A stretch of DNA of 64,000 nucleotides from Verrucomicrobiaceae bacterium. GTDB lineage: Bacteria; Verrucomicrobiota; Verrucomicrobiia; Verrucomicrobiales; Akkermansiaceae. Under the pieces are notes generated by a model that saw only the letters and a program-made list of their open reading frames with translations, was not told the origin of the DNA and searched no databases. This document shows positions 9,209 through 19,403 of this stretch, piece by piece (position 1 is the first letter of the stretch; each line of letters opens with the position of its first letter). Position numbers and translations under genes: made by a program. The stretch spans positions 64,001-128,000 of the forward strand of contig JBPOGH010000002.1 in NCBI GenBank assembly GCA_051252135.1, written 5' to 3'.

Positions 9209-10288
9209 ATGAGTGAATTCCACGTTGTTCCGGCAGATAAGCATGATGTTTTGGTAAAGGCAGCCTATGAGGCCCGCGGTTATGATGCCGAGGAGTCGGC
9301 GGTGGCGGCCGAGGTTTGCAAGGATGCGACGCGTCACGGGATTCGGACGCACAATGCGCTGAAGGCGCTTCATTTGGATCATCTCTTTGGTTCGGAGAAG
9401 GGCGGCTGTGTTCCGGGAGCGCAGATTGAGGTGGTGAATTCACGCTTCAAGGCGAGCGAGGTCTGGAAGGCGAACAAGAAGCTGGGTCAGGCGGTGGCGG
9501 TGGCGGCGATGGATCGCTGCATGGAATTGGCTGATGAGTATGGCGTGGGCCAGGTGGCGGTGGATGATGCGTTCCACTATCTCTGGGGTGGTGGTTATGT
9601 GATGAAGGCGGCCGAGAAGGGATATATTGCTTACACGAACTGCACGTCGACTCTGGCGGAGGTGGTTCCGTTTTTTGGAAAGCATCCGACGCTGGGAACG
9701 AATCCGCATTCGTGGGGATTCCCGACGCAGGATGCGAACGGGTTTCCGATTGTGATTGATTGGGCGACCTCGACGGTGGCGATGGGCCGGGTGCAGCAGC
9801 TGAAGCGTGAGGGGAAGGAGCTTCCTCCGAATGCGGCGGTGGATGCGGACGGCAATCCGACGAACGATCCGAACAAGGTGGCGGCGCTTCTGCCCTTTGG
9901 CGCGCACAAGGGATACGGGATGGCTCTCATCAATGAGATTGTGGGTGGCTACATTGGCGGAAGCCTGCCGACGGAGCGGGGTCGTGAGGGCGAGAAGACG
10001 ACGACGTGTTTTTACTTCCAGGTGATTCATCCCGATGCGTGGTCGAGTGGCCAGTTTGTGGGTGGGGCGTCACAGGCGGGCAATGTGAAGGCAGTGCTTG
10101 ATGATATTTTGGGTCACGGCAATGAGAACTGTCTCCTGCCGGGCCAGATGGAGGCGGAGTTCCGCAAGCGCACTGATGCGAGTGGCGGGCTTCTTTTCTC
10201 GGCAGCGGAAATCGCGGAATTCAAGGAGCTCGCTGATGAGGTCGGGATTTCGGGATGGGAGCTGGAAAACTTCCCAGCCGAGGCATAG
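9209..10288 (+). CDS. Ldh_2 family (malate/L-lactate-type) oxidoreductase
   Basis: GIRTH, LGTNP, DWATS, GAHKGYGMAL motifs; start set at ATG 9209. Confidence 0.85.
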   Translation: MSEFHVVPADKHDVLVKAAYEARGYDAEESAVAAEVCKDATRHGIRTHNALKALHLDHLFGSEKGGCVPGAQIEVVNSRFKASEVWKANKKLGQAVAVAAMDRCMELADEYGVGQVAVDDAFHYLWGGGYVMKAAEKGYIAYTNCTSTLAEVVPFFGKHPTLGTNPHSWGFPTQDANGFPIVIDWATSTVAMGRVQQLKREGKELPPNAAVDADGNPTNDPNKVAALLPFGAHKGYGMALINEIVGGYIGGSLPTERGREGEKTTTCFYFQVIHPDAWSSGQFVGGASQAGNVKAVLDDILGHGNENCLLPGQMEAEFRKRTDASGGLLFSAAEIAEFKELADEVGISGWELENFPAEA

Positions 10289-10297
10289 ATTCACGCC

Positions 10298-10561
10298 ATG
10301 CCAAACTACGATTATCGCTGCCAGAAGTGCGATCACATCTTCGAGGTCTTTCAGAGCATGAATGACGCGAAGCTGACGGATTGCCCCGTGGAGGGATGTG
10401 ATGGTGAGGTGAAGCGTCTGCTGGGCACGGGAGCAGGTCTTATTTTTAAGGGGACCGGCTTCTACCAAACTGATTATCGTTCTGAATCCTACAAGGCGGG
10501 CGAGAAGAAGGCGGCGGAATCGAGTCGACCTAAATCCGAGTCGAAAAAGAAGGACTCGTGA
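10298..10561 (+). CDS. FmdB-family zinc-ribbon protein
   Basis: MPNYDYRCQKC...CPVEGC...FKGTGFYQTDY. Confidence 0.9.
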   Translation: MPNYDYRCQKCDHIFEVFQSMNDAKLTDCPVEGCDGEVKRLLGTGAGLIFKGTGFYQTDYRSESYKAGEKKAAESSRPKSESKKKDS

Positions 10562-10603
10562 TGGGAGCTTGTCACCGGAGCGGTGATAGGTGAACCTGCG
10601 CCC

Positions 10604-11269
10604 ATGGAAAATCGTGGCAAGACGCTGAAGCGTTTGTTTCTTTTGGTCGCCTTTTTGTTGGTCGCGGGCTTGGGGCTCGGGGTGTATCTGAGCTTTCAGC
10701 CGCAGGACCTGACGACATTGGCGGGCTATGCGGAAGATGATCGCGACGAGCGGGTCACGGACGTGCCCGGGTTGATCGAGATTGCGGCGAAGAATCGTCA
10801 GCCGGTGACCATTTCCGAACGGCAGATCAATAGCTGGTTGGCTGCGAACCTAAAGGTGAAGCAGGAGGGGACTTTTGCGGATGATGCGGAGCTCAAGGGC
10901 GTGTGGGTGCGTCTCGACGAAGAAGAGGGTGGTCGTGCGGAAATTATTGTGGAGCGGGTGGCATATGGGCGGGTGCACACTTCATCGATGTATCTCCGTT
11001 TTCAGCGGAAGAAGAAAGAAGACGAATCATACACCACGACGGTGAGTAAAGAGGGGGGTCGCTTTTTGGGGGCGGTGTTGATTGGCGGCCGTTTTGGTAA
11101 GCTGAAAGTGCCGCAGGGATTCCTCTTGTTTACGCAGGACGCCTACAAGACTTTGGGCGGATTGTTCGAGGAGGAATACCGTTACATTTCGGAAGAGATC
11201 ATCACCAAAGGTGGTGGCCGCATCGTGTTCGAAGACAAGAAGATGCGGATCGATTTCCCGGAGGATTAA
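10604..11269 (+). CDS. Membrane-anchored hypothetical protein (target of the island insertion)
   Basis: N-terminal TM helix after ATG 10604; its last 125 bp recur at 19276-19400. Confidence 0.75.
   Translation: MENRGKTLKRLFLLVAFLLVAGLGLGVYLSFQPQDLTTLAGYAEDDRDERVTDVPGLIEIAAKNRQPVTISERQINSWLAANLKVKQEGTFADDAELKGVWVRLDEEEGGRAEIIVERVAYGRVHTSSMYLRFQRKKKEDESYTTTVSKEGGRFLGAVLIGGRFGKLKVPQGFLLFTQDAYKTLGGLFEEEYRYISEEIITKGGGRIVFEDKKMRIDFPED
11145..11269 (+). repeat. Direct repeat A, copy 1 (125 bp)
   Basis: ACAAGACTTTGGGCGG...GGAGGATTAA matches 19276-19400 with 2 mismatches by manual comparison. Confidence 0.95.
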
Positions 11270-11418
11270 TCGGGAGTCTTGAACTTCAGGGGTGCTTTTC
11301 CTGTCCCGCCGTATGTCAAAACAGAATTGCAGATCGGTCGGGTTGGGAAGTTGAGGGAGTCTCGAGGTTATCGGCTCTTGGATTCCGCGTCTTAGATTGA
11401 TGCGGTAATCGAAAATGA

Positions 11419-13425
11419 TTGCCACGATGGATGACTTCTTGTGACTTTCGCTGTGTGTGGGTCTTCTTTCGTGTGCTGCTGAAACAGATAGTTACGTGGT
11501 TTTTTCTGCTCTGCGGCACCGTTTTGGGAGATCCGGTGAAGGACGCAGAAAGAGAAGGTGACCGTGTTATCCAGACGGTTGCTGAAACGGTTTTTTCCAG
11601 TTGTCGAGGGTATTATGATGCTCCGTTTAATCTGGTGATCAGTTGTGCGACTCCAGGAGCGAAAATTATCTACACTGAAGATGGAAGTTTTCCTTCTATA
11701 CAACATGGTTTGAGCGGGAGCGAGAGTGAGCCGATGACATTGTTGATTTCTGGAACCACGGTTGTGCGTGCTGTCGCGGTGAGGGAGGGGCTGGCATCTT
11801 CAGATGTGGAGACCCACACCTATTTGTTTCGGGAGGATGTTGTGAGACAGAGATGGGGAGAGGGTCGTTCTGAAGTTCTGGATGTAGAGCTGGACCAGCG
11901 ACTGGTGAATGATCCTTTGGTGTTGGGAAAGATAATGAAGTCGTTCTTGCGTTGCCCAACGGTTTCAGTGGTGACTCCTTATGGTGAGATGTTTGGGTCG
12001 GAAGGGATCTATTCGAATCCCAAGGAGTCTGGAGAGGATTGGGAGAGACCTTGTTCTTTTGAATGGATTTCAGACTTTAAGAAAGGAAAGCAAGTAAATT
12101 GCGGGGTTAGAATTCAGGGGGCATCAAGTCGTGAGGTTTCACCGAAGCATTCTTTCCGGCTTAGTTTTAAGTCCAAGTTTGGAGCCAAGAAATTTGTAGC
12201 AAAGGTCTTTCCTGGCAGCCCGGTAGCGGAATTTGATTCTTTGGTTCTTCGGAATCCTACCCAGGACTCTTGGACGGTGGATCAGTCTCTTTGGCGGGCC
12301 GATGCACGTTATGTGAACGATATGTGGGCAGCCGAAACGCAGAGGGAGATGGGGCACTTGGCTCCTCGCCATCGATGGGTGCATCTATTTCTGAATGGGC
12401 TCTACTGGGGGATTTACGATCTATGTGAACGGCCAGATGAGCATTTTGCGGCGGCGCACCTTGGTGGTGGCGAGGATGACTATGATGTGTTCAATACCGG
12501 GCGATTACGGCATGGGACAAGGGAGAACTGGAGCAGGGCGCATGCGTTGGTACGGTCCAAAGAGATGGCGGGTCGTGCTGTCTATGAAGAGGCTGAGAAG
12601 TTGGTCGATCTGGAGTGTCTGGTAGACTATTTTCTCCTCAACATTTACATGGGGAATATTGATTGGCCGCAGAAGAATTATTGGCTGGTTGGGGGGAGAG
12701 GGGCAGAGCCGCGATTTCGATTCGTAAGTTGGGATGCTGAGATTGGTTTCTTTAAGCAATGGGAGCACCCCCGGAATCGTGATCAGTTGAGCGCGTTGGA
12801 TTTTGATCCCTTGTCAGGACACAATGCGTTTTTAATGGCAAGTCACGGGGCAGGGTATTATTTTATCCGGCTTAAGAAAAATAAGGAGTTTCGGGTTAAT
12901 CTGGCGGATCGGATTTATCATCACATGAGGAAAGGAGGAGCACTGAGCTCTTCTGAGGCAGCTATGCGGTATCGTGCATTGATTCGTGAGGTCGAGCCGC
13001 TTCTTTTCCTTGAGTCTGCAAGATGGGGCGACCTTTATTCTGAGGAAGTGTTAGGCCCGCATACGAAAAAATGGATTGAGCATACGGGAGAAGATAGTTG
13101 GCTATTTGAGGAGTTTTTTCCAAATCGAAGCGAGAGGTTGAAGGGTCATTTTCGCAGGGCGGGTCTTTATCCTCTTGTGGACGCTCCTCTCATCGAGCAG
13201 CAATCCGATGGGAAAATTCTGGTTAAGAATCCTAACGATGGAGGGGAGATTTATTATACTTCTGATGGTGAGGACCCCCGGGAACGATGGGGAGGGAAGG
13301 CGCTAGGGATACGGAGCCGTGAAGATGTGGTCATTGGTCATCAGAATCAGCTTTTGGTGCGTGTCCTAAAAGAAGGGGAGTGGAGTCCACTGGTGGTTCG
13401 TAAGCGTGAGGGAGCGTCTGAATAA
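11419..13425 (+). CDS. CotH kinase family protein with Fn3-associated domains (start uncertain, possibly GTG 11472)
   Basis: IIYTEDGSFP and IYYTSDGEDP flanking domains; VRIQG..SR, LFLNGLYWGIY..CER, DWPQKN, WDAE, ESARWGD. Confidence 0.85.
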   Translation: MPRWMTSCDFRCVWVFFRVLLKQIVTWFFLLCGTVLGDPVKDAEREGDRVIQTVAETVFSSCRGYYDAPFNLVISCATPGAKIIYTEDGSFPSIQHGLSGSESEPMTLLISGTTVVRAVAVREGLASSDVETHTYLFREDVVRQRWGEGRSEVLDVELDQRLVNDPLVLGKIMKSFLRCPTVSVVTPYGEMFGSEGIYSNPKESGEDWERPCSFEWISDFKKGKQVNCGVRIQGASSREVSPKHSFRLSFKSKFGAKKFVAKVFPGSPVAEFDSLVLRNPTQDSWTVDQSLWRADARYVNDMWAAETQREMGHLAPRHRWVHLFLNGLYWGIYDLCERPDEHFAAAHLGGGEDDYDVFNTGRLRHGTRENWSRAHALVRSKEMAGRAVYEEAEKLVDLECLVDYFLLNIYMGNIDWPQKNYWLVGGRGAEPRFRFVSWDAEIGFFKQWEHPRNRDQLSALDFDPLSGHNAFLMASHGAGYYFIRLKKNKEFRVNLADRIYHHMRKGGALSSSEAAMRYRALIREVEPLLFLESARWGDLYSEEVLGPHTKKWIEHTGEDSWLFEEFFPNRSERLKGHFRRAGLYPLVDAPLIEQQSDGKILVKNPNDGGEIYYTSDGEDPRERWGGKALGIRSREDVVIGHQNQLLVRVLKEGEWSPLVVRKREGASE

Positions 13426-13732
13426 TCTCAAAGGGTTTTTCTGATTTTGGGGCTTGGAAAGAAAGCTGTTCAGTTTGGAAATGTTTCGCCATTCCGCAAT
13501 CTTGTTTAGATTGAATCATAGAGCCTTCGAAGCATTCCCCTGGCCTTTTCAGACATCATAATTAGATGAGGTGCGATTGTCTGTTTCTTGTAGGGTTTTA
13601 TCTGGGGAACAGGGCGCGCGCATTTATACCAGTTTGGTAAAGTTCTTTTGCATAGTGCGTTGGGGTGAGGTGGGTCTTGGAGGCCATTTTTGTGTTGATT
13701 GTGGCGTGGGGGAGGGTAGCTACGATATAGAA

Positions 13733-14758
13733 ATGAAAAAGGAATCGATTTTCAGTTGGATGTCTCTTTTTCTGACATCTGGGAGTCTATTGGGGGTTGA
13801 GTTTGAGACCTCGAAACCGGTGGGGTTTGAAACGATTAGCTATGGTGCTGGCTTTACGGCGATTGGCTTACGGTATCACGAAGCTGTGGTGAGCGGTGGA
13901 GTGACTACCTCTTCAACAGCGTCTTCAATTTCGGTGGCGGGGGTGGATTTTTCAGCGTTGCTCGATTCCCAAAAGGAATATGTTCTAGAGATTGAGACTG
14001 CAGAGGGGGCGATTCAGGTGGTGAATTCTTGGTCGGGTTCCACGATTGTGACTCCTTCAGATGTATCGGGACTGATTACCGCTGGAACAACGACCTATTC
14101 GCTGAGGCCGGTCTCGACACTTGCGAGTGTCTTTGGGGCGACTTCTGCGGAGGTGACTTTGGCAAAGGGCGGGGGCGGGTCGGGAGGGACGGATCAGGTT
14201 TGGATTTCTGATGGGGCGGGTGGGTATTTGAAGTATTATTTTGATGAGTATGCGCCGCCGAATTATAATGTGCAGGCGTGGGTAGAAATTGGATCGGGAA
14301 TTGTGGATCCTGCAACGGTCAATCTCGTCTATGCGGATGGGTTTTTGATCAATTCTCAGGCGGGTGGTGGGACGATTCCAGTGGGGGGAAGTCTGAAGCT
14401 GATGCCGACTGAATTAAGGTTACTCAATGGTTATACATTTGTGAGTTCCATGGTGCCCGGGCTGGCGACGCTTGAGACCGCGTTTCCTGATGGTGGGAAT
14501 TTGATGGGAGGAGGTGGGCAGCCAAATGGAGCACATCAAATTTGGATTCCAAATGGGGCAGCTAGTTATGAAAAATACTATTTCGATTACTTTGCACCTC
14601 CAGGGTATGGATCTCCAAGTTGGGTCTATTTAGAGCCTGACGGTTCCTTGACCGCAGTTGATGGCGCGACGGTTACGCTCCCATCAGGATATGTGATCTC
14701 AGCTCCCTCTGCGGGTAATGTGACGCAGGGCGTGCCTTCGTTTTTCTCTTCACTCTAG
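13733..14758 (+). CDS. Secreted TIGR02597-like Verrucomicrobial protein with internal repeat
   Basis: Signal peptide, SKPVGF start, TLASVFG; repeated units DQVWISDGAGGYLKYYFDEYAPP and HQIWIPNGAASYEKYYFDYFAPP. Confidence 0.55.
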   Translation: MKKESIFSWMSLFLTSGSLLGVEFETSKPVGFETISYGAGFTAIGLRYHEAVVSGGVTTSSTASSISVAGVDFSALLDSQKEYVLEIETAEGAIQVVNSWSGSTIVTPSDVSGLITAGTTTYSLRPVSTLASVFGATSAEVTLAKGGGGSGGTDQVWISDGAGGYLKYYFDEYAPPNYNVQAWVEIGSGIVDPATVNLVYADGFLINSQAGGGTIPVGGSLKLMPTELRLLNGYTFVSSMVPGLATLETAFPDGGNLMGGGGQPNGAHQIWIPNGAASYEKYYFDYFAPPGYGSPSWVYLEPDGSLTAVDGATVTLPSGYVISAPSAGNVTQGVPSFFSSL

Positions 14759-14771
14759 TCAGTTTTAATTC

Positions 14772-15560
14772 ATGAAAATTTTTAATCTTACGATTACAGG
14801 GTTCTTGGCCTTAATTCTGGTAGGGGCGGGGCAATCTGTAGATGAAAAGGTGCCGCTTAAAGATCTTCCTGTGGTCAGGGAAAAGGTGGTGGAGCAGGGG
14901 GGGCGCCGGATTTTTTTTCAGGAGGTGAATCTTCCCTCGGTTGACCAAAAGAGAAGAGCAAAGGGAAGAGGGGGGCTCATGAGCCGTTCGGGGACATTGC
15001 CCTGGTGGAAGATTCCAACCACCGAGGTGGAGAAGAGGCATTATCAGGTAACGGCTACGGTCTATGATGAGAGGATCACTTTACTGAGCTGGAGGTCGAC
15101 GGAGCCGGGAGAGGATGGTGTTTTTTCCTGTTGGTCGAATGTAAACTGGAAAGAGCTGGTGGGATTGGACGAGGTGGCGGGTCCAAACTATGAATTTTCG
15201 TTTTTTCTGTTTGTGAGCGAGGCGAGAGGGGCACAAATGGGGCGTGAGGGGAAGATGAGTGACGGTGTCGAGGTCCCGAACCTTCCCGATCTTGAAAAAG
15301 GAGGAGCGCGGTATTTGTTGACGGCGGGGAATCGGGATGATGAGGCTGGCATTGAATTTATGGAGACTTTGCACGCGCTTCATGATGGACAGAAACAGCA
15401 CCTCCGGGCGGCTCATCGAGCGCGTAAGATCGCGGAGCTCTATCGGTCGAGAGAAATTAAACGAGGATCACCTCAGCCGAAGGCTGAGGATGTGGTCATT
15501 CGATTCCGCCAAGTGTCTGCGGAAGAGGTAAAGGAAATTCAAGTCAAGCGTGGACGTTAA
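14772..15560 (+). CDS. Secreted hypothetical protein
   Basis: Signal peptide; 262-aa ORF tightly linked to neighbours. Confidence 0.7.
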   Translation: MKIFNLTITGFLALILVGAGQSVDEKVPLKDLPVVREKVVEQGGRRIFFQEVNLPSVDQKRRAKGRGGLMSRSGTLPWWKIPTTEVEKRHYQVTATVYDERITLLSWRSTEPGEDGVFSCWSNVNWKELVGLDEVAGPNYEFSFFLFVSEARGAQMGREGKMSDGVEVPNLPDLEKGGARYLLTAGNRDDEAGIEFMETLHALHDGQKQHLRAAHRARKIAELYRSREIKRGSPQPKAEDVVIRFRQVSAEEVKEIQVKRGR

Positions 15561-15564
15561 GATT

Positions 15565-18141
15565 ATGAAGGCTTTATTTTCAGTAGTGACGTTAGGTCTG
15601 GGACTTTGTCTCCCGTGTGTTGGGCTGACTCTTGGACCGCAGGAGGAGCCGATCATCACGAGGGAGAGCGGAGCAAGCAATTTGGGGGAGTGGGATATGA
15701 GTTGGCAGAGTGTGGTGGGGCGGACGTATTTTATTCAGTGCTCGACTGATTTGGTGAACTGGACCTATCTCCCAACGATGGCGGCCGGGACGGGCAGTCA
15801 AATTACGTATGAGATTGATACGCTGAATCCCGATGTGAATTTCCGGCTCGCTTACGTTGATGTGTCGACCAGCAATGATCCCTCAGACGAGGATTTTGAT
15901 TGGGATGGATACAGTAATCTCTATGAGATTCAAAATGGGCGTGATCCTTTAGTTTTTGATGTAGGAGGCGGTGGAGACGGAATTGAACCGGTGACGAAAC
16001 CTGATTGGCCCGAAACGACGCAATCAGGGACAATCTTTCGATTGGCGATTATCCCGACTGATTCGACTCTTGATACAAATGAAATCTATGTCGATTTGGA
16101 TAAGGATTTTGAGGTTCTGGCGATTAATGAAATGACAACTACGGATGGGTTTCCTCTTGATGAACTACCGGTTTGTGAGATCGAGGTAACGTTGGAGCGG
16201 GTTGGAGAGCTGAGTGAGGACCAAGTCCTGAAGCTGTCTCGCTCAGAAAACTATAATTCGCCTGTGGTGAAGTTTTTTGGTGCGTTAGCTCCTCTCACGG
16301 TGGGACCTACTAAGGTTAAGGACTTTACGACAGTACAAGCGGTTGGGGGACACACTGCGCAGAAGAGATCCTTGTTGCATGTGGTGTTAGGTGTCGATAA
16401 TAACCGAGACGGGACTCTGAAGCTTGTTGCGAGTGAAGATCAGACCGCGGTGGATCGACCTTATCGATTCTGGCTAAATAATGACGATGACGGGGGGTGG
16501 GATGAGGCTGGCGATACTTACATTGCCAACGATGACAACCCGTGGACACCAGAGACTCTGGATAATGCTGATGACAAAATCTCAAGGGTTAGAGATTTGG
16601 AGGATTTTGCGCGGCTCCATTTGAAAGTGAAAGGGCTAGAAACCGCTTTGAGTGCGGGGACAATTACGCTTGGGTTTAAGTGGAAAACGACGGTTCCAGC
16701 GGCTACTTCGAAAATCCGGCTGTTCGAAGCGGTGGAGGCAGATGGGGGAACTCAGTATTTAAGTGACGTAGACACCGCTCTAACCCAAAAAACGGCGAGT
16801 ACTAGCTCTTTGGGTGTGGTCCCAGAAGTTGGAGTCCTCGATTTACCGGTTTCCTTTTGGGGTTCGAATGCTTTGAAAGGAGAAAAATACCTCCTCTTTG
16901 AAGGAATCGAGGAAGGGAACGATGAGTTGATGATTGTGCTGAAGGAAGGTGGAACGGTGATTGGTGAAACTGGAGCGGTGTTTCTCGAGCTACTGGATAT
17001 ACGAAAGATGTATGAGCAGTGGGGAGTTAGCCATAGCGCTGTGATTCCCGATCCAGATGATGATGTGGCAACTGTTGTTAATGGTGTCACGGCTGTGCAG
17101 TTTAAGACTGCGTTTGGGAGCGACACTGAAACCGAAACTCCGGTTGGAAACAATTATCATACGTTTCAACCAGCGTGGGATGAAGATTTGGAGGACAAGC
17201 ATTATGCGATCTGCGTTCATGGATGGCGTAAGGGAGGGCCCGCTGCACAAGTGCATGGCCAATATTTCAAGGGAAGGTCAGACGAAATCACTATGTTTAA
17301 ACGTCTATGGCATCGCGGGTTTAAAGGGCGATATATTGGATTTATTTGGCCGACTTATGACGTGGAAGTATGGGATCAGAATGGTGTTATTAACGGGGGA
17401 TTATCCGCTCTATATTCGAAATTCGCTTGGAGTGAGTACCGCGCATGGAAAAGTGGAGGGGCCTTTAAAGCGATGATTGATGCACTTCCTTCTGACTATG
17501 AGAAAAAAGTTTTTGCCCACAGTTTGGGTAATGTTGTGGTGGGTTCAGCGCTAGAACTAGGGGCGGTGGTTGATCATTACGCACTTCTTAACGCGGCGAT
17601 ACCTGAGTATTGCTATGACCATCAGGCTACTGGGATTGGAGGGGTTATCGGTCTAAATCCTAAGGATTTTAGTTTTAGTTGGAGTGATGTAATTAAGAAT
17701 CTATCTTACCGTGGCTCGGGTGGGGCTGGACATGCGCGATTGAGACAGGTGGGAGGAGTTTTGACAAACTTCTACCTGCCCGATGATGAGTCATTAGTAG
17801 AGGGATGGAAGGCTAATCAAGCAGTATTCAAACCCATAGGAGAATATTCTTATGATCCGTTCTTTGGTGTTGTCAAATGGAGGATTTCACTATTTTCGTC
17901 CCGCGATGTTATCGATCCTCATGAAGGAATGGCCATGGTGAATAGTACCTTAAGCGATGCTATCGGTCGGGTAGAGGCTTCTGCTCTTAGTAAGATTTCG
18001 GAGAATATCGAGATGGATGGCGCAGACATGGAATTTGATGAAGAACATGAAGCTGTGTTTAAGTGGCAAATTGCAAAAACGTGGAAATTCTACGGGATAA
18101 TGTGGGATAAATTATCCCTTCCGGGACACAAGGCACCATGA
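15565..18141 (+). CDS. Large secreted protein with C-terminal alpha/beta-hydrolase domain (candidate polymorphic toxin)
   Basis: Signal peptide; WQSVVGRTYFIQCSTDL module and DFDWDG repeat; DNNRDG and DLEDFARL segments; hydrolase motifs VHGW, F.WP and AHSLG. Confidence 0.7.
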   Translation: MKALFSVVTLGLGLCLPCVGLTLGPQEEPIITRESGASNLGEWDMSWQSVVGRTYFIQCSTDLVNWTYLPTMAAGTGSQITYEIDTLNPDVNFRLAYVDVSTSNDPSDEDFDWDGYSNLYEIQNGRDPLVFDVGGGGDGIEPVTKPDWPETTQSGTIFRLAIIPTDSTLDTNEIYVDLDKDFEVLAINEMTTTDGFPLDELPVCEIEVTLERVGELSEDQVLKLSRSENYNSPVVKFFGALAPLTVGPTKVKDFTTVQAVGGHTAQKRSLLHVVLGVDNNRDGTLKLVASEDQTAVDRPYRFWLNNDDDGGWDEAGDTYIANDDNPWTPETLDNADDKISRVRDLEDFARLHLKVKGLETALSAGTITLGFKWKTTVPAATSKIRLFEAVEADGGTQYLSDVDTALTQKTASTSSLGVVPEVGVLDLPVSFWGSNALKGEKYLLFEGIEEGNDELMIVLKEGGTVIGETGAVFLELLDIRKMYEQWGVSHSAVIPDPDDDVATVVNGVTAVQFKTAFGSDTETETPVGNNYHTFQPAWDEDLEDKHYAICVHGWRKGGPAAQVHGQYFKGRSDEITMFKRLWHRGFKGRYIGFIWPTYDVEVWDQNGVINGGLSALYSKFAWSEYRAWKSGGAFKAMIDALPSDYEKKVFAHSLGNVVVGSALELGAVVDHYALLNAAIPEYCYDHQATGIGGVIGLNPKDFSFSWSDVIKNLSYRGSGGAGHARLRQVGGVLTNFYLPDDESLVEGWKANQAVFKPIGEYSYDPFFGVVKWRISLFSSRDVIDPHEGMAMVNSTLSDAIGRVEASALSKISENIEMDGADMEFDEEHEAVFKWQIAKTWKFYGIMWDKLSLPGHKAP

Positions 18142-19268
18142 AAGTAAAATATATTTTAGTCATCTTTATTCTGATGTCAGGTTCTGGTCTGTTGTGCTTG
18201 TTCCTTGGTAAGGGATTACGCTCCGATCCCGTAAATCAACCTGAGTTGAATAGAGGAGTTATCTCTCCAACAACCGAGCAGCATTTGGTCTCCTCTGGGA
18301 ATCCGTTGATGAAATTACATCCCACGGGAGATGAGTTGAAAGCGATGTTTGAGACTCCGGTCGAAGTTTATGGGCAAGTTTTGGATCAGAATAACGATCC
18401 AGTGATCGGGGCGGAAATTGGGTGTTCCTGGCCGTATATGAGCACCCAAGAGGTAAAGTTAACGTTAAGGTCTGCTGCTCCAGACGGGCTCTTTGAGGTT
18501 GTGGGTCTTAAGAATAAAGTGAGCGTGACGATCTCGGTGGAGCCGCCAGCAGGGTATCGAGATTTGAGGACCCAGAATTCGAGGAAGAGAATCCAAATTG
18601 CTCAACCTCCAAAGCGGATAACGGAGATGCCGAAATATCGGACGCTAACTTCTGAACAGAAAGAGTTATTGATGATTTCAGAGGCCTACAAGCCCGACAA
18701 AAGGAATCCGATTATTTTTCGATTGGAGAAACTTGGAGAGATCGACGCACTTTTTCATAAGGATCATACTCATCGCAATCATACATTCGGTGAAGTTCGC
18801 TATTTGTCGTTAGAGGGCATTGGCGAGGGGAGCAAGGATTACCCTGTGAATGACTATTGTCTTGGTTTTTCTTTCTCGCTCAATAAGGAGGAAAAATTGG
18901 CTTATGACAGGGATCCTCGGTCGTCACCCCAGTATTCGTGGAGTGTGAAATTGCTGGTTCCAGAAGGAGGGATTCAGTTACTTCCTGGAGATTTTACCCG
19001 TACGCGTTCGAACGAAGTGTTCTCTGGTAAAGAACTCGCACCAGAGACTGGGTATCAAAAGGAGCTCTTGTTGTCTTACCCCAAAGATCTCGGTGCCGCT
19101 CAATGGAAGTCAGGATTGCGAACGGGATGCTTTATTCGTTTTAAGGATGGAACCTACGCAAGGGTGGTGATTAATGCCAATATATCCATTGTTTCGATCA
19201 AATCTTATTACAATCCAACGGGGTCCCGGAATTTGGTTTTCGATCATCATAAGCGGATCAAAGAGTAG
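18138..19268 (+). CDS. Membrane-anchored hypothetical protein, candidate immunity protein
   Basis: ATGA overlap with the upstream gene; N-terminal TM; YGQVLDQNNDPVIGA (carboxypeptidase regulatory-like) and C-terminal YYNPTGSRNL. Confidence 0.6.
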   Translation: MKVKYILVIFILMSGSGLLCLFLGKGLRSDPVNQPELNRGVISPTTEQHLVSSGNPLMKLHPTGDELKAMFETPVEVYGQVLDQNNDPVIGAEIGCSWPYMSTQEVKLTLRSAAPDGLFEVVGLKNKVSVTISVEPPAGYRDLRTQNSRKRIQIAQPPKRITEMPKYRTLTSEQKELLMISEAYKPDKRNPIIFRLEKLGEIDALFHKDHTHRNHTFGEVRYLSLEGIGEGSKDYPVNDYCLGFSFSLNKEEKLAYDRDPRSSPQYSWSVKLLVPEGGIQLLPGDFTRTRSNEVFSGKELAPETGYQKELLLSYPKDLGAAQWKSGLRTGCFIRFKDGTYARVVINANISIVSIKSYYNPTGSRNLVFDHHKRIKE

Positions 19269-19275
19269 CTGCCGA

Positions 19276-19400
19276 ACAAGACTTTGGGCGGATTGTTCGA
19301 GGAGGAATACCGTTACATTTCGGAAGAGATCATCACCAAAGGTGGTGGCCGCATCGTGTTCGAGGACAAGAAGATGCGGATCGATTTCCCGGAGGATTGA
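19276..19400 (+). repeat. Direct repeat A, copy 2 (orphan 3' gene fragment)
   Basis: Encodes the same ...KKMRIDFPED* C-terminus; ends 3 nt before the stop of the convergent gene at 19404. Confidence 0.95.
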
Positions 19401-19403
19401 TTG

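Larger units (their letters stand above)
11270..19275 (+). mobile_element. ~8-kb genomic islet without integrase
   Basis: Bounded by direct repeat A; visibly more AT-rich than the flanks (not computed); five co-oriented genes for secreted or membrane proteins. Confidence 0.75.
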
